DNA of 64,000 nt from the NCBI GenBank assembly GCA_963810095.1, contig CAWEMM010000006.1, forward strand, positions 288,001 through 352,000, in the 5' to 3' direction. The translations under genes and the position numbers were made by a program. The DNA comes from an uncultured Chloroflexia bacterium. Lineage in GTDB: Bacteria > Chloroflexota > Anaerolineae > CG2-30-64-16. Shown piece after piece: positions 42,063 through 51,059 of the stretch (its first letter is position 1; each line of letters begins with the position of its first letter). Under the pieces are notes generated by a model, which was not told the origin of the DNA, did not search any database, and worked only from the letters and a program-made list of their open reading frames with translations.

Positions 42063-42183
42063 GACCTGGAGACCTGCGAGGTCTCCGAGGCCCGCAGGTC
42101 GGGCCGGCCACAAGAATCACAAAGGACCAGGTTTCTGACCGAAACCTGGTCCTTTTCGTGCTGCGATTATGCGTGTTTGTGCT
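42063..42183. repeat. cluster of palindromic repeats (family C, then family A enclosing family B)
   Basis: GGAGACCTGCGAGGTCTCC; AAAGGACCAGGTTTC/GAAACCTGGTCCTTT at 42121-42154. Confidence 0.75.
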
Positions 42184-42213
42184 TAGCTACGCTCCTGTTC
42201 TGCCGGTTCAGCG

Positions 42214-42810
42214 TCAGGAAGACGAACCCGTCGACGGCGCGTTCGGGGTCGTCGGAGTCGTACCCGTGCCCGGCCTCGCGCCCGATCCAAAGTCGCCCCG
42301 GCCAAAGCCGCCGTGGCCGTGGCGCCCGCCACCAGGGCCGCCCAGCATTCCGAAGTCGCCGTGACCGCCGCCTACCCAACCCTTGTCGAGGCCAATCGTC
42401 CACCAATCCGCCTCTTCCTGGGTCATCGTGCCGTCCTTGACGGCCTGCGCCAGCTGCGCCTTCATTTCAGTCACGCGATCCGCATTCAGCGCGGTCTCGA
42501 TCGTCGCCAGGTCGACGCCCTTTTCGGTGGCAATCTGGCTGAGCGTCTTGCCGCCGTGCAGCGCCTCAAACAACTGCGCCGGGGTCATCCCCAGCTTTTC
42601 GGCGACGAGGTCGAACGCCGCCGAGTCGCCGCCCCGGAACCCGAAGCCGAGGCCCAACCCGTCCTGCTTGGGTTGGGTGGTGGTGGTGCCGGGCGTCGTC
42701 TGCGCGGGCGGCGTGGTCGTCTGTGCGAGCGCCGTGCCGACCGTGGCCATGCCGAGCGCAGTCACCAGTGCGATGGCGGTGAGCGTCAGCGCCAGCTTCC
42801 TTGTGATCAT
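42214..42810 (-). CDS. secreted hypothetical protein with Gly-rich segments
   Basis: AGGAG RBS; signal peptide ending ALA-Q; AEKLGMT..L...L.GGKTL..IA.EKGV; AVKDG.MTQEEAD. Confidence 0.75.
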   Translation of the reverse strand: MITRKLALTLTAIALVTALGMATVGTALAQTTTPPAQTTPGTTTTQPKQDGLGLGFGFRGGDSAAFDLVAEKLGMTPAQLFEALHGGKTLSQIATEKGVDLATIETALNADRVTEMKAQLAQAVKDGTMTQEEADWWTIGLDKGWVGGGHGDFGMLGGPGGGRHGHGGFGRGDFGSGARPGTGTTPTTPNAPSTGSSS

Positions 42811-43022
42811 GTCTTGCTCCTTCAGGTGATTGTCCGGCGGGGCATCGCCCGCCTGCACTCGTAACTCTAGCAGCCGCCTGTTTAGGTTGTGTCAAGATCA
42901 GGTCAGTTTCGCGTTGGATCGCTCCCGATCTCACAGATGCCGGTAGACTTTGCCGGAACGCGCGCCCGGTGCTATATTGACCCGACGTGCAGGGGCCGTA
43001 CAACGCGGCAGGGAGGTGCTGA

Positions 43023-43391
43023 GTGTTTCGAAGCTACGAGCATAAGTCCCAGGCGCTGCTGCCGCGAGCCCAATTCCTGCGCCGGCTGTTGGGGCACGTC
43101 CTTGTCGCTCTCGGCTTCATGACGTTTGCCCTCGCCGTCGGGATCGTCGGCTATCACGTCACCGAACACCTGGGTTGGCTCGATTCGCTCCTCAATGCCG
43201 CGATGATCCTTGGCGGCATGGGGCCGGTCGACGCCGTCAAGACCGCTGCGGGTAAACTCTTCGCCTCCTTTTACGCCCTCTTTTCCGGCGTGGTTTTTCT
43301 GGGAATTGCCGGGATCATCGTTGCGCCGATTGCGCACCGCCTGCTGCACCGGCTGCACCTGGAAATGGAGGATGAGCCCGCGAAGGGTTGA
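43023..43391 (+). CDS. small 2-TM protein resembling a K+-channel pore domain with non-canonical filter
   Basis: TM1, WLDSLLNAAMILGGMGP, TAAGKLFASFYALFSG, TM2; GGAGG RBS. Confidence 0.7.
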   Translation: MFRSYEHKSQALLPRAQFLRRLLGHVLVALGFMTFALAVGIVGYHVTEHLGWLDSLLNAAMILGGMGPVDAVKTAAGKLFASFYALFSGVVFLGIAGIIVAPIAHRLLHRLHLEMEDEPAKG

Positions 43392-43445
43392 CCGCGCCGG
43401 CGATCAATGCCATACTTTATTCGCAAGCTTGTGGGTGGAGACCGC

Positions 43446-43694
43446 ATGTCCCTTTCCGATTTTTTGCGCCGCGACCGGGCTCGCCGGCAGATCGCCGTGT
43501 CAGGCCAGGTGATTCCAGAGGCCGGGCGCTGCGTCCAATGCGGTATTTGTTCGTTCTATTGCCCGATCAGTATCGACGTGCGCCGTCACGCCTGGGAAGG
43601 TCAGCCCGTGATTGAAAGCCACTGCCTGACGTGCGGCGAGTGCGTCGCGCGCTGCCCGCGCGGCGTGCTCCGCTTCGAGCGAACGCAATCGTAG
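43446..43694 (+). CDS. 2x[4Fe-4S] ferredoxin
   Basis: CVQCGICSFYCP and CLTCGECVARCP; GGAG RBS. Confidence 0.88.
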   Translation: MSLSDFLRRDRARRQIAVSGQVIPEAGRCVQCGICSFYCPISIDVRRHAWEGQPVIESHCLTCGECVARCPRGVLRFERTQS

Positions 43695-43735
43695 GGACGA
43701 CGCCAATCGTCGCGCCCTGGTCGCCAGGAAAGACT

Positions 43736-45043
43736 ATGCCCGCCCGCTACCTCATCATTGGCGCCGGTGTTGCCGCCATGGCGGCAGCCGAAAGCATCCG
43801 CACGGCAGACGCGGCCGGCGAGATCACGCTGCTTGCCGACGACCGGCAAGGGTACTACTCGCGCCCCGGCCTGGCCTATTACCTCACGGGCGAAGTTACC
43901 CGCCCGCTGCTCTTCCCATACAAGGACCCGGACTGGGCCCGCTTGTCCGCACGACGGGTGCTGGGACGCGCGGCCCGCCTCGATCCTGCGGCTCACCGCG
44001 TTTTCCTCGACGACGGCGCCGTCCTGCCCTACGACCGGCTGTTGCTGGCGACGGGCGCGACCGCGGTCCGGCCCGAGCTGCCCGGCGTCGACCTCCCGGA
44101 AGTCGTGAAGCTGGACAACCTGGAGGACGCGGACCGCATGATTGCGCTTGCCAAGCGCGCCCGATCGGCCGTCGTCATCGGGGGAGGCATCACCGCGCTG
44201 GAGATTGCGGAAGGACTGCGGCCCTACTGCCGGCAGATCCACTACCTCCTCCGCGGCGACCGCTACTGGAGCAACGTCCTCGATGAAGCTGAATCCCAGC
44301 TCGTCATGGGGCGGCTCAAGCATGACGGCGTCCAGCTGCACACGCGCACCGAAGCCGCGGCGGTGCAGGGCGCGGGTGGGCATGTCACGGGCGTGCTCAC
44401 GATGGAGGGTGAGCGGATACCCTGCGAATTGGTTGCCTTCGCCATCGGGGTCATGCCGCGCACGGAACTGGCCCGGTTTGCCCGCCTGGCCGTCGACCGG
44501 GGCATCCTCGTCGACGACCGCCTGGCAACCAGCGCGGCCGACATCTTTGCGGCCGGCGACGTTGCCCAGGTATACGACCCTCACACGGGCCGGGCGATCC
44601 TGGACACGCTCTGGAATGTTGCCCGGGGGCAAGGCGAGGTCGCGGGGCGCAACATGGCGGGTGCGAACGTGCCCTACGTCAAGCCCGTCGCGCTCAACGT
44701 CACCCGGCTGGCAGGCATCACGACGACCATCATCGGCGCCGTGGGCGCCGGGAAGGACGCGGACCTGGTTGGCATCGCCCGCGGCGACAGCGAGGCGTGG
44801 CGGGCGCTGGGCGACGCGGTGACCGCGGAAAACCACCACGAGATCAATCGCCTGCGTCTGCTGATCGGACCCACCACCATCGTTGGCGCGGTGCTGATGG
44901 GCGACCAGGCATTGTCGCGGCCCCTGCAACGGCTGATCGCCCAATCCATCGACATCACCCCGATTCGCGGCCGCTTGCTGGCGCCCGGTGCGGCGCTGGG
45001 CAAGATCATTACGGAGTTCGAGCATGCAATCCCTCGCCCGTGA
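43736..45043 (+). CDS. FAD/NAD(P)H-dependent oxidoreductase (ferredoxin/rubredoxin reductase, NirB N-terminal-like)
   Basis: IIGAGVA, YDRLLLATGA, VIGGGITALE, TS..DIFAAGDVA. Confidence 0.9.
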   Translation: MPARYLIIGAGVAAMAAAESIRTADAAGEITLLADDRQGYYSRPGLAYYLTGEVTRPLLFPYKDPDWARLSARRVLGRAARLDPAAHRVFLDDGAVLPYDRLLLATGATAVRPELPGVDLPEVVKLDNLEDADRMIALAKRARSAVVIGGGITALEIAEGLRPYCRQIHYLLRGDRYWSNVLDEAESQLVMGRLKHDGVQLHTRTEAAAVQGAGGHVTGVLTMEGERIPCELVAFAIGVMPRTELARFARLAVDRGILVDDRLATSAADIFAAGDVAQVYDPHTGRAILDTLWNVARGQGEVAGRNMAGANVPYVKPVALNVTRLAGITTTIIGAVGAGKDADLVGIARGDSEAWRALGDAVTAENHHEINRLRLLIGPTTIVGAVLMGDQALSRPLQRLIAQSIDITPIRGRLLAPGAALGKIITEFEHAIPRP

Positions 45044-45698
45044 GCGGCCGAAGCCGGTGGAGCTGTGGTGGGCGGCGGGGATCATGGTCGCGATCACAGC
45101 CCTCTATCTCCTGCTGACCCAGGTCGCAGGCGCCAGCCCGCGCTCGAGCGGCCTGTTAGGCCATGGCATCGGGGTGGTCGGGTTCATCCTGATGCTGATG
45201 ACCGAAACGCTCTACTCGCTGCGCAAGCGCTCGCGGCGGGCGCGCTGGGGCCGCACGGCCAGTTGGCTGCGGTTCCACATCGTGACGGGAATCGTGGGGC
45301 CGTACATGGTCCTGCTGCACGCCGCATGGCGCTACAACGGCCTGGCCGGACTGGTCATGTTGATGACCGTGATCGTGGTGATCAGCGGGTTTGTCGGCCG
45401 CTACATCTACACGCGCATACCGCGCAATGCGGACGGCCTGATGTTGGAAGCCGCCGAATTGCAGGCACAGCTCGACTCCGCCGGGGGTTTGCTCGCGGAA
45501 GGCGGAGCCGGGGCACGCGACGCGGGCCGGATTGCCGCACGCCAGAAGCAGCTCGAACGACAGGCGACCATGGTGACAAGCACCCGCAAGGCCATGGGAA
45601 CGTGGACCTCGGTTCATATTCCGCTGGGCGTTGCGCTCTTCACCGCCGCGTTCCTCCACATCCTCGCGGCCATTTACTTCGCTACGCTGCTGCACTGA
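45024..45698 (+). CDS. membrane protein with ferric-reductase-like bis-His pairs (putative di-heme cytochrome b)
   Basis: about 5 TM; YSLRKR; two H-x13-H pairs (FHIVTGIVGPYMVLLH, VHIPLGVALFTAAFLH). Confidence 0.75.
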   Translation: MQSLARERPKPVELWWAAGIMVAITALYLLLTQVAGASPRSSGLLGHGIGVVGFILMLMTETLYSLRKRSRRARWGRTASWLRFHIVTGIVGPYMVLLHAAWRYNGLAGLVMLMTVIVVISGFVGRYIYTRIPRNADGLMLEAAELQAQLDSAGGLLAEGGAGARDAGRIAARQKQLERQATMVTSTRKAMGTWTSVHIPLGVALFTAAFLHILAAIYFATLLH

Positions 45699-45755
45699 CC
45701 GACAGTGTGGTGTGATGCGGGCAAGCTGCCTGCGTCACACCGCATGGGAGACTCA

Positions 45756-47415
45756 ATGAACCGACGGCTTGGCTGTATGACGGGGGGCGGCCTGCTCGCC
45801 GCAGCCCTCACGATCGCCATCGTGCTCGTGTTCTACGTCGCGCGGGGCGGCGCCATGTTCAGCCCCGGCCCGCTCAACGCGCAGCCCGGCGAAGAGGCGC
45901 TGGGTGGTGTGACGGCCCACGCGGAAATTGGGGGCCAGTGCGCGGCATGCCACACGGCGCCGTGGTCAAGCGCAACCCTCGCGGATCGCTGCCAGGCCTG
46001 TCATGCTTCCGTCGCAAACGAACTGGTAAGCAACCAGGGACTCCACGCCCAACTCAGAGGACAGGCCGGCGCCTTCGATTGTCGGGGCTGCCACAGCGAG
46101 CACAAGGGCCCGACGGCCGCGCTGACCCAGATCGACCCCGCGGCCTTCCCCCACGCTGCCACAGGTTACGACCTGGCCGGCCATCGGGCAGATGACCGGC
46201 GGACGGCCCTTTGCGTGCGGCGACTGCCACACGACCGGCGTCACCCAGTTCGCCGTGGCAACCTGCCAGGATTGTCACCGGCAGATGGACGCGGCGTACA
46301 TGACGGCGCACGTCGCCGACTTCGGCGAGGCGTGTCTCGGCTGCCACGACGGGGTTGACCGCTACAGCCGCAAGCGCTTCGACCACAACGCGCTGTCCTT
46401 CGCCCTCGATGGTGAGCACACGGACCTGGCTTGCAGCAAGTGTCATGCCGGCGCGGCCTCGCCAGGCGACCTGCAAGCAACGAAGTCGGGATGCGTGGAC
46501 TGCCACCGGGCGGACGACGCACACAAGGGCCAGTTCGGGACCGACTGCGCGGGCTGCCACAACACGGCTGCCTGGCCCGACGCCACCTTCGACCACGCCA
46601 AGACCGCCTTCCCGCTGACCGGCAAGCACGAGGGCGTGAAGTGCCAGGACTGCCACCGGGACGGCCGTTTCAAGGGCACAAGCGCCCAATGCGTCGACTG
46701 CCACCGGGCGGACGACGCCCACAAGGGCCAGTTCGGGACCGACTGCGCGGGCTGCCACAACACGAGTGCCTGGCCCGACGCCACCTTCGACCATGCCAAG
46801 ACCGCCTTCCCGCTGACCGGCAAGCACCAGGGCGTGAAGTGCCAGGACTGCCACCGGGACGGCCAGTTCAAGGGCACGAGCTCCCAATGCGTCGACTGCC
46901 ACCGGGCGGACGACGCCCACAAGGGCCAGTTCGGGACGGACTGCGCGGGCTGCCACAACACGGCTGCCTGGCCCGACGCCACCTTCGACCATGCCAAGAC
47001 CGCCTTCCCGCTGACCGGCAAGCACCAGGGCGTTAAGTGCCAGGACTGCCACCGGGACGGCCAGTTCAAGGGAACTCCTCAGCAGTGCGCTGCCTGCCAC
47101 GAGGACCCGGTCTTCCATCGCGGCGCGTTCGGAACGCAGTGCCAGGACTGCCACACGACGGCCCGTTGGCAGCCCGCCACCTTCAACCAGCGCCACACTT
47201 TCCCGATCGATCACGGTGAAGGCGGCGCCTCATCCTGTCGCACATGCCACCCCGATGCCGTAAAAGCCTATACCTGTTACGGCTGCCACGAGCACACGCC
47301 GGCCGAGACGATTGCGAGGCATGCGGAAGAGGTGCAGGGCGATATCACGGACTGCGTGAGGTGCCACCCAACCGGACAGGAAGAGGGTGAGGGCCACGGG
47401 GGCGGCGGCGACTGA
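45756..47415 (+). CDS. membrane-anchored multiheme cytochrome c (~21 CxxCH), one frameshift near 46190
   Basis: N-terminal TM, FSPGPL, 3 CxxCH in the first frame and 18 in the second; FDH...FPLTGKH repeats. Confidence 0.88.
46492..47085 (+). repeat. three tandem 198-bp intragenic repeats (66 aa, 3 hemes each)
   Basis: units start at 46492, 46690, 46888 and are nearly identical at DNA level. Confidence 0.92.
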
Positions 47416-47511
47416 GAGAAGCGCGGCCAGCAAGCGGGCAGCGCAGCAAGGCGGCAGACAAACAAATGGGCCGGGAAGCGTCTTGCTTCCCGACCCTCTG
47501 CGACGGGTCTC

Positions 47512-48059
47512 TTATCGACTCTTCCCCGCCTGTGACTGGCCGGCCTTCGCCGGCGGGGCTTCACCTTGCGCCTGGGGCGGCGGAGCGCCTGCCGGCGGTC
47601 GGGGATGCCGGGTCGGCCGGCGCTGCGCTGCGACCTCGCGCGCGCAGCGACCAACTCCGGCGGCGCCTCGAAATAGATCGTCACGCCTTCGAGCGGCCCA
47701 CCCATTTTCCACTTCTGTGCCAATTCCCAGCTGATGTCGGCAATCCAGCCCCGCTTGCGCAGGTTATTGCGGTGCTTGGCCTCCGCGCAATCTACAACCA
47801 TCAAGGGGCCGACGATCTCGCCGTTGGGGTGACGGATCCAGACCTTCTCGCCGATGTGCTCGGGGTCAATGAGCGCAATTGCGTCCACACACTCCGCACA
47901 CTCGGGGACGTGGCCCTTCCAGACCCGCCAGTTCCACACTTTTGTCATCAGGCTGCTCTCTCCCGTTTGCCTTGGGGGAGCATAGTAAGTGACTTCGCCG
48001 GTGATTGGCTTCGAGACCGAAAGACTTACCGTCAGGAGAACTGCCGCGATCAGCGTCAA
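47512..48059 (-). CDS. secreted hypothetical protein, RlpA/double-psi beta-barrel-like; 3' end uncertain
   Basis: AGGGAGG RBS before TTG; signal peptide; GEVTYY, VVDC, IADISWELA. Confidence 0.55.
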
Positions 48060-48212
48060 ATTTTCCTCCCTTGGAGCTTTTCGCAGGGAGCGACCTGCAG
48101 TGAGAGGGTCGCCAACTGCGAGGATAAGGAAGAAAGACGCTCTTTTTTGTGATTTGTTCCGCTGGAATGGAGAGTTCAGTGGCATCAGCATAGCCGAATG
48201 CAATCATGCTTT

Positions 48213-49793
48213 CTAGGGCAGTTCTAGCGCCGCGGCAGATGCCACCTCCTTCGCCAGTGTCCCCGAATGTATCAGCTCGGCCAGCGACTCGATATCCGGT
48301 GTAGTCGGGCGATCGTGCTCGAGAAATGCAGCCACACGGCGGACTGCGGCGTAGGCCGCCGCACTGCCCACCCCCAGACGGTCCGGCCCGTGCTCGCGCA
48401 GGTCCACCGCCTGTGCGGCGGTCAGCAGCTCGATGGCGAGCACCCGGCGTACGTTGTCCAGGATTTCCAGCGTGTGCCGTGCCGCATTGGCGCCCATGCT
48501 GACGTGGTCCTCCTGGTTGGCGCAGGACGGGATGGAGTCGACGCTGTCCGGATGCGCCAGCGTCTTGTTGTCGGAGACGAGGGCGGCCGCCGTGTACTGC
48601 ACCATCATCAGGCCGCCGTCAAGCCCGCTCTCGCGTACCAGCATGGCCGGCAGCCCGGCATTGAGCTCGGGCGTGAGGAGGCGGAAGATTCTGCGTTCGG
48701 CAATGTCGGCCACCTCGGCCATGGTGATGCCCAACAGATCGAGCCAGAGCGCGGGGCCCTGGCCGTGGAAGTTCCCGCCCGAAATGGCCCGGTAAGTGCC
48801 GTCGGGGTTCGGGAAGATGAGGGGGTTGTCGGTCGCCGCGTTAATCGCCGCACTGAAACGGCCGCGCACAAACGCAACCGCGTCGAGCGCGGGGCCGAGC
48901 ACCTGGGGTGTGCAGCGGAGGCTGTAGGCATCCTGCACGCGGCCGCTCATCGAGTCGACCAGCCGGCTCCCTCGGGTCAGCGCACGCATGTTAGCGGCCA
49001 CCCGCTGCTGCCCGGGCTGCCCGCTCACCGCATGCAGGTCTGGATCAAACGCAGCGGAGAGACCGGCGAGTGCTTCCAGCGAGAGCGACGCGCCGATTTG
49101 CGCGTGGGCCAGCAGGTTTTCGGCGTCGAAGGTCGCGAGCGCCCCGCACGCGGCCATAAAGTCGATGCCGTTTGAGAGCGCCAGGCCCTCCTTGGCCAGG
49201 AGCACGGGCCGTTCGATGCCCGCCCGGCGCATCGCCTCGGCCCCGTCCAGCAGCTGGCCGCCGTACCTGGCCTTCCCGCCGTAAGCACCCTGGCCCGCCG
49301 CGTCTTCAGCGCCGTCACGCGAGAGAACGACCGCAATGTGGGCCAAGGGCGCCAGGTCGCCGCTGGCCCCAAGCGAGCCCTTTGCCGGAACGACGGGCGT
49401 GACGCCCGCGTTGAGCATGTCGATCAGCGTCTGGGCGATCAACGGTCGCACGCCCGAGTTGCCCTTGGCGAGCATGTTGGCACGGATCACCATCATTGCC
49501 CGCACGACTTCATCCGGCAGCGCCTCGCCCACCCCCACGACGCACAGCACGACGAGGTTGCGCGACAACTGGCGTGCCTGGGCCGCGCTGATCTGCCGGG
49601 TAGCCAGCGAGCCGAAACCGGTGTTGACGCCGTAGATGATGCTTCCCTCGCCGTCGATGGCATCCACGACCCACTGGTGGCTGCGCTGCATCCGGGCGCA
49701 AACCTCGCCGTCGAGGGGGGCAACCTTCTCGCCGAAGCGGGCGATGGCCACAACCTGCTCGATCGTCAGGCGGCTGCCAGTGAACTCAATCAT
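48213..49793 (-). CDS. hutH: MIO-dependent aromatic amino acid ammonia-lyase (HutH-like, atypical)
   Basis: YGVNTGFG, GSLGASGDLAPL (MIO), KEGLAL.NG, QDAYSLRC.PQ, DNP, GGNFHG, NQEDHVSM. Confidence 0.85.
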   Translation of the reverse strand: MIEFTGSRLTIEQVVAIARFGEKVAPLDGEVCARMQRSHQWVVDAIDGEGSIIYGVNTGFGSLATRQISAAQARQLSRNLVVLCVVGVGEALPDEVVRAMMVIRANMLAKGNSGVRPLIAQTLIDMLNAGVTPVVPAKGSLGASGDLAPLAHIAVVLSRDGAEDAAGQGAYGGKARYGGQLLDGAEAMRRAGIERPVLLAKEGLALSNGIDFMAACGALATFDAENLLAHAQIGASLSLEALAGLSAAFDPDLHAVSGQPGQQRVAANMRALTRGSRLVDSMSGRVQDAYSLRCTPQVLGPALDAVAFVRGRFSAAINAATDNPLIFPNPDGTYRAISGGNFHGQGPALWLDLLGITMAEVADIAERRIFRLLTPELNAGLPAMLVRESGLDGGLMMVQYTAAALVSDNKTLAHPDSVDSIPSCANQEDHVSMGANAARHTLEILDNVRRVLAIELLTAAQAVDLREHGPDRLGVGSAAAYAAVRRVAAFLEHDRPTTPDIESLAELIHSGTLAKEVASAAALELP

Positions 49794-51059
49794 AAGAATC
49801 CTCCCCCCTGCGTTGGACAGGGTCACGCTCAACCACCCGCCCCCGCTTGACCATCCGGTCGACCGCGTTGTTGCCGAGACGGTAAATCACGTCTTCAAAC
49901 GTCGGCAGACGCCAGATCTGGATATCGGCAAGCTGACCGGGGGCGAGCGCACCCCGGTCGGTCAGTCCCAGCGCCCGTGCGCCGCCGACTGTGCAGGCCA
50001 GCAGCGCCTCCTCGGCAGAAAAGCGATACAGCCGGCAGGCAAGCTGCATGACGAGCTGCAGCGACTCGGTCCAGCATGCGGGGCAGAGGTCGGTGGCCAG
50101 GGCCAGCGTCATGCCCTGCGCCATCAGCATCCGGGCATCGAACGGACGGCGATGCGCGACCGCCCAGTCGAGGGCCGGCATGACGACCCCGACCACGCCC
50201 GCCTCGGCCAGGCGGCGCGCCGCATCCGGGGTGGTGTAGTTCAGGTGATCCGCCGATACCGCGCGCAGCTCTGCTGCCAGGGCTGCGCCGCCGATATCCG
50301 AGTACGCGTCGGCGTGCACTTTGGGCTTGAGCCCTGCCGCACGCCCCGCCTCGAGGATCCGGCGCGACTCGGCCACGGTGTAGTAGCCGTCGTCCAGATA
50401 GACGTCGCAGAACTCTGCGAGCCCTTCGCGTCGCGACCTCAGGAATCATTTCGTGCAAGATGGAGTCGATATAACGCTCGCGGGGCACGCCGGGCGGGAA
50501 GTCATGTGCGGCGAGGAACGTTGGCACGACGTCCGCCGGTCCCGCTTGCCCAAGACGCCTGGCGACCCGAAGCATCCGCAGCTCGTCGGCAACGGTCAGC
50601 CCGTAGCCACTCTTCACTTCGACAGTGGTCGTGCCATGGCGGAACATGCTCTCCAGCCGGGCTGCCGCGCCGGCGAACAACTCGTCTTCCGAGGCGTTTC
50701 GGGTCATCCCGACGGTGGCGAGGATGCCCGCAGGGATGCCCAGCTCGCGCGACCTCGGCCGCGCTGCGCGTCATGCGAGCGGCGTACTCCCCGACCCGCG
50801 AGCCGCCGAACACAAGGTGGGTGTGGCTGTCGACGAAGCCGGGTGCGACGATACATCCAGACGCGTCAAGCACTGCGGCCGGCGCGACGTCAACCTGGCG
50901 TGGGACGTCGTCCTTCGTTCCGACGGCGACGATTTGCTCGCCGGCTATCGCAACCATGCCGTCCGGAATGCGGCCAGCCAAGTCATCTCCCGAGGGCACA
51001 CAGGTGAGCACCAGGCCGCCCTGGATCACAAGGCTTGCGGAAGGCAGCGACACGTTCAA
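49786..51059 (-). CDS. hutI: imidazolonepropionase-like amidohydrolase (HutI-like, atypical), two frameshifts
   Basis: PGFVDSHTHLVFGGSR, GTTTVEVKSGYGL, PTFLAAH, SADHL, GARALG...G.L.PG..AD. Confidence 0.82.

Noticed and set aside
39-42183. Recurrent CACAAAG repeats as a CRISPR array
   Set aside because: Copies are dispersed over tens of kb, variable, lack regular repeat-spacer structure, and no cas genes are present.
48060-48210. c-di-AMP (ydaO) riboswitch upstream of the RlpA-like gene
   Set aside because: Conserved GCTGAA / GGGGGA / GGGGTGAA elements are not present in the required arrangement.
48213-49793. Ergothioneine trimethylammonia-lyase or PAL/TAL
   Set aside because: The MIO-forming ASG is retained (characterised ergothionase is MIO-independent), and NQED plus the hutUI context argue against PAL/TAL.
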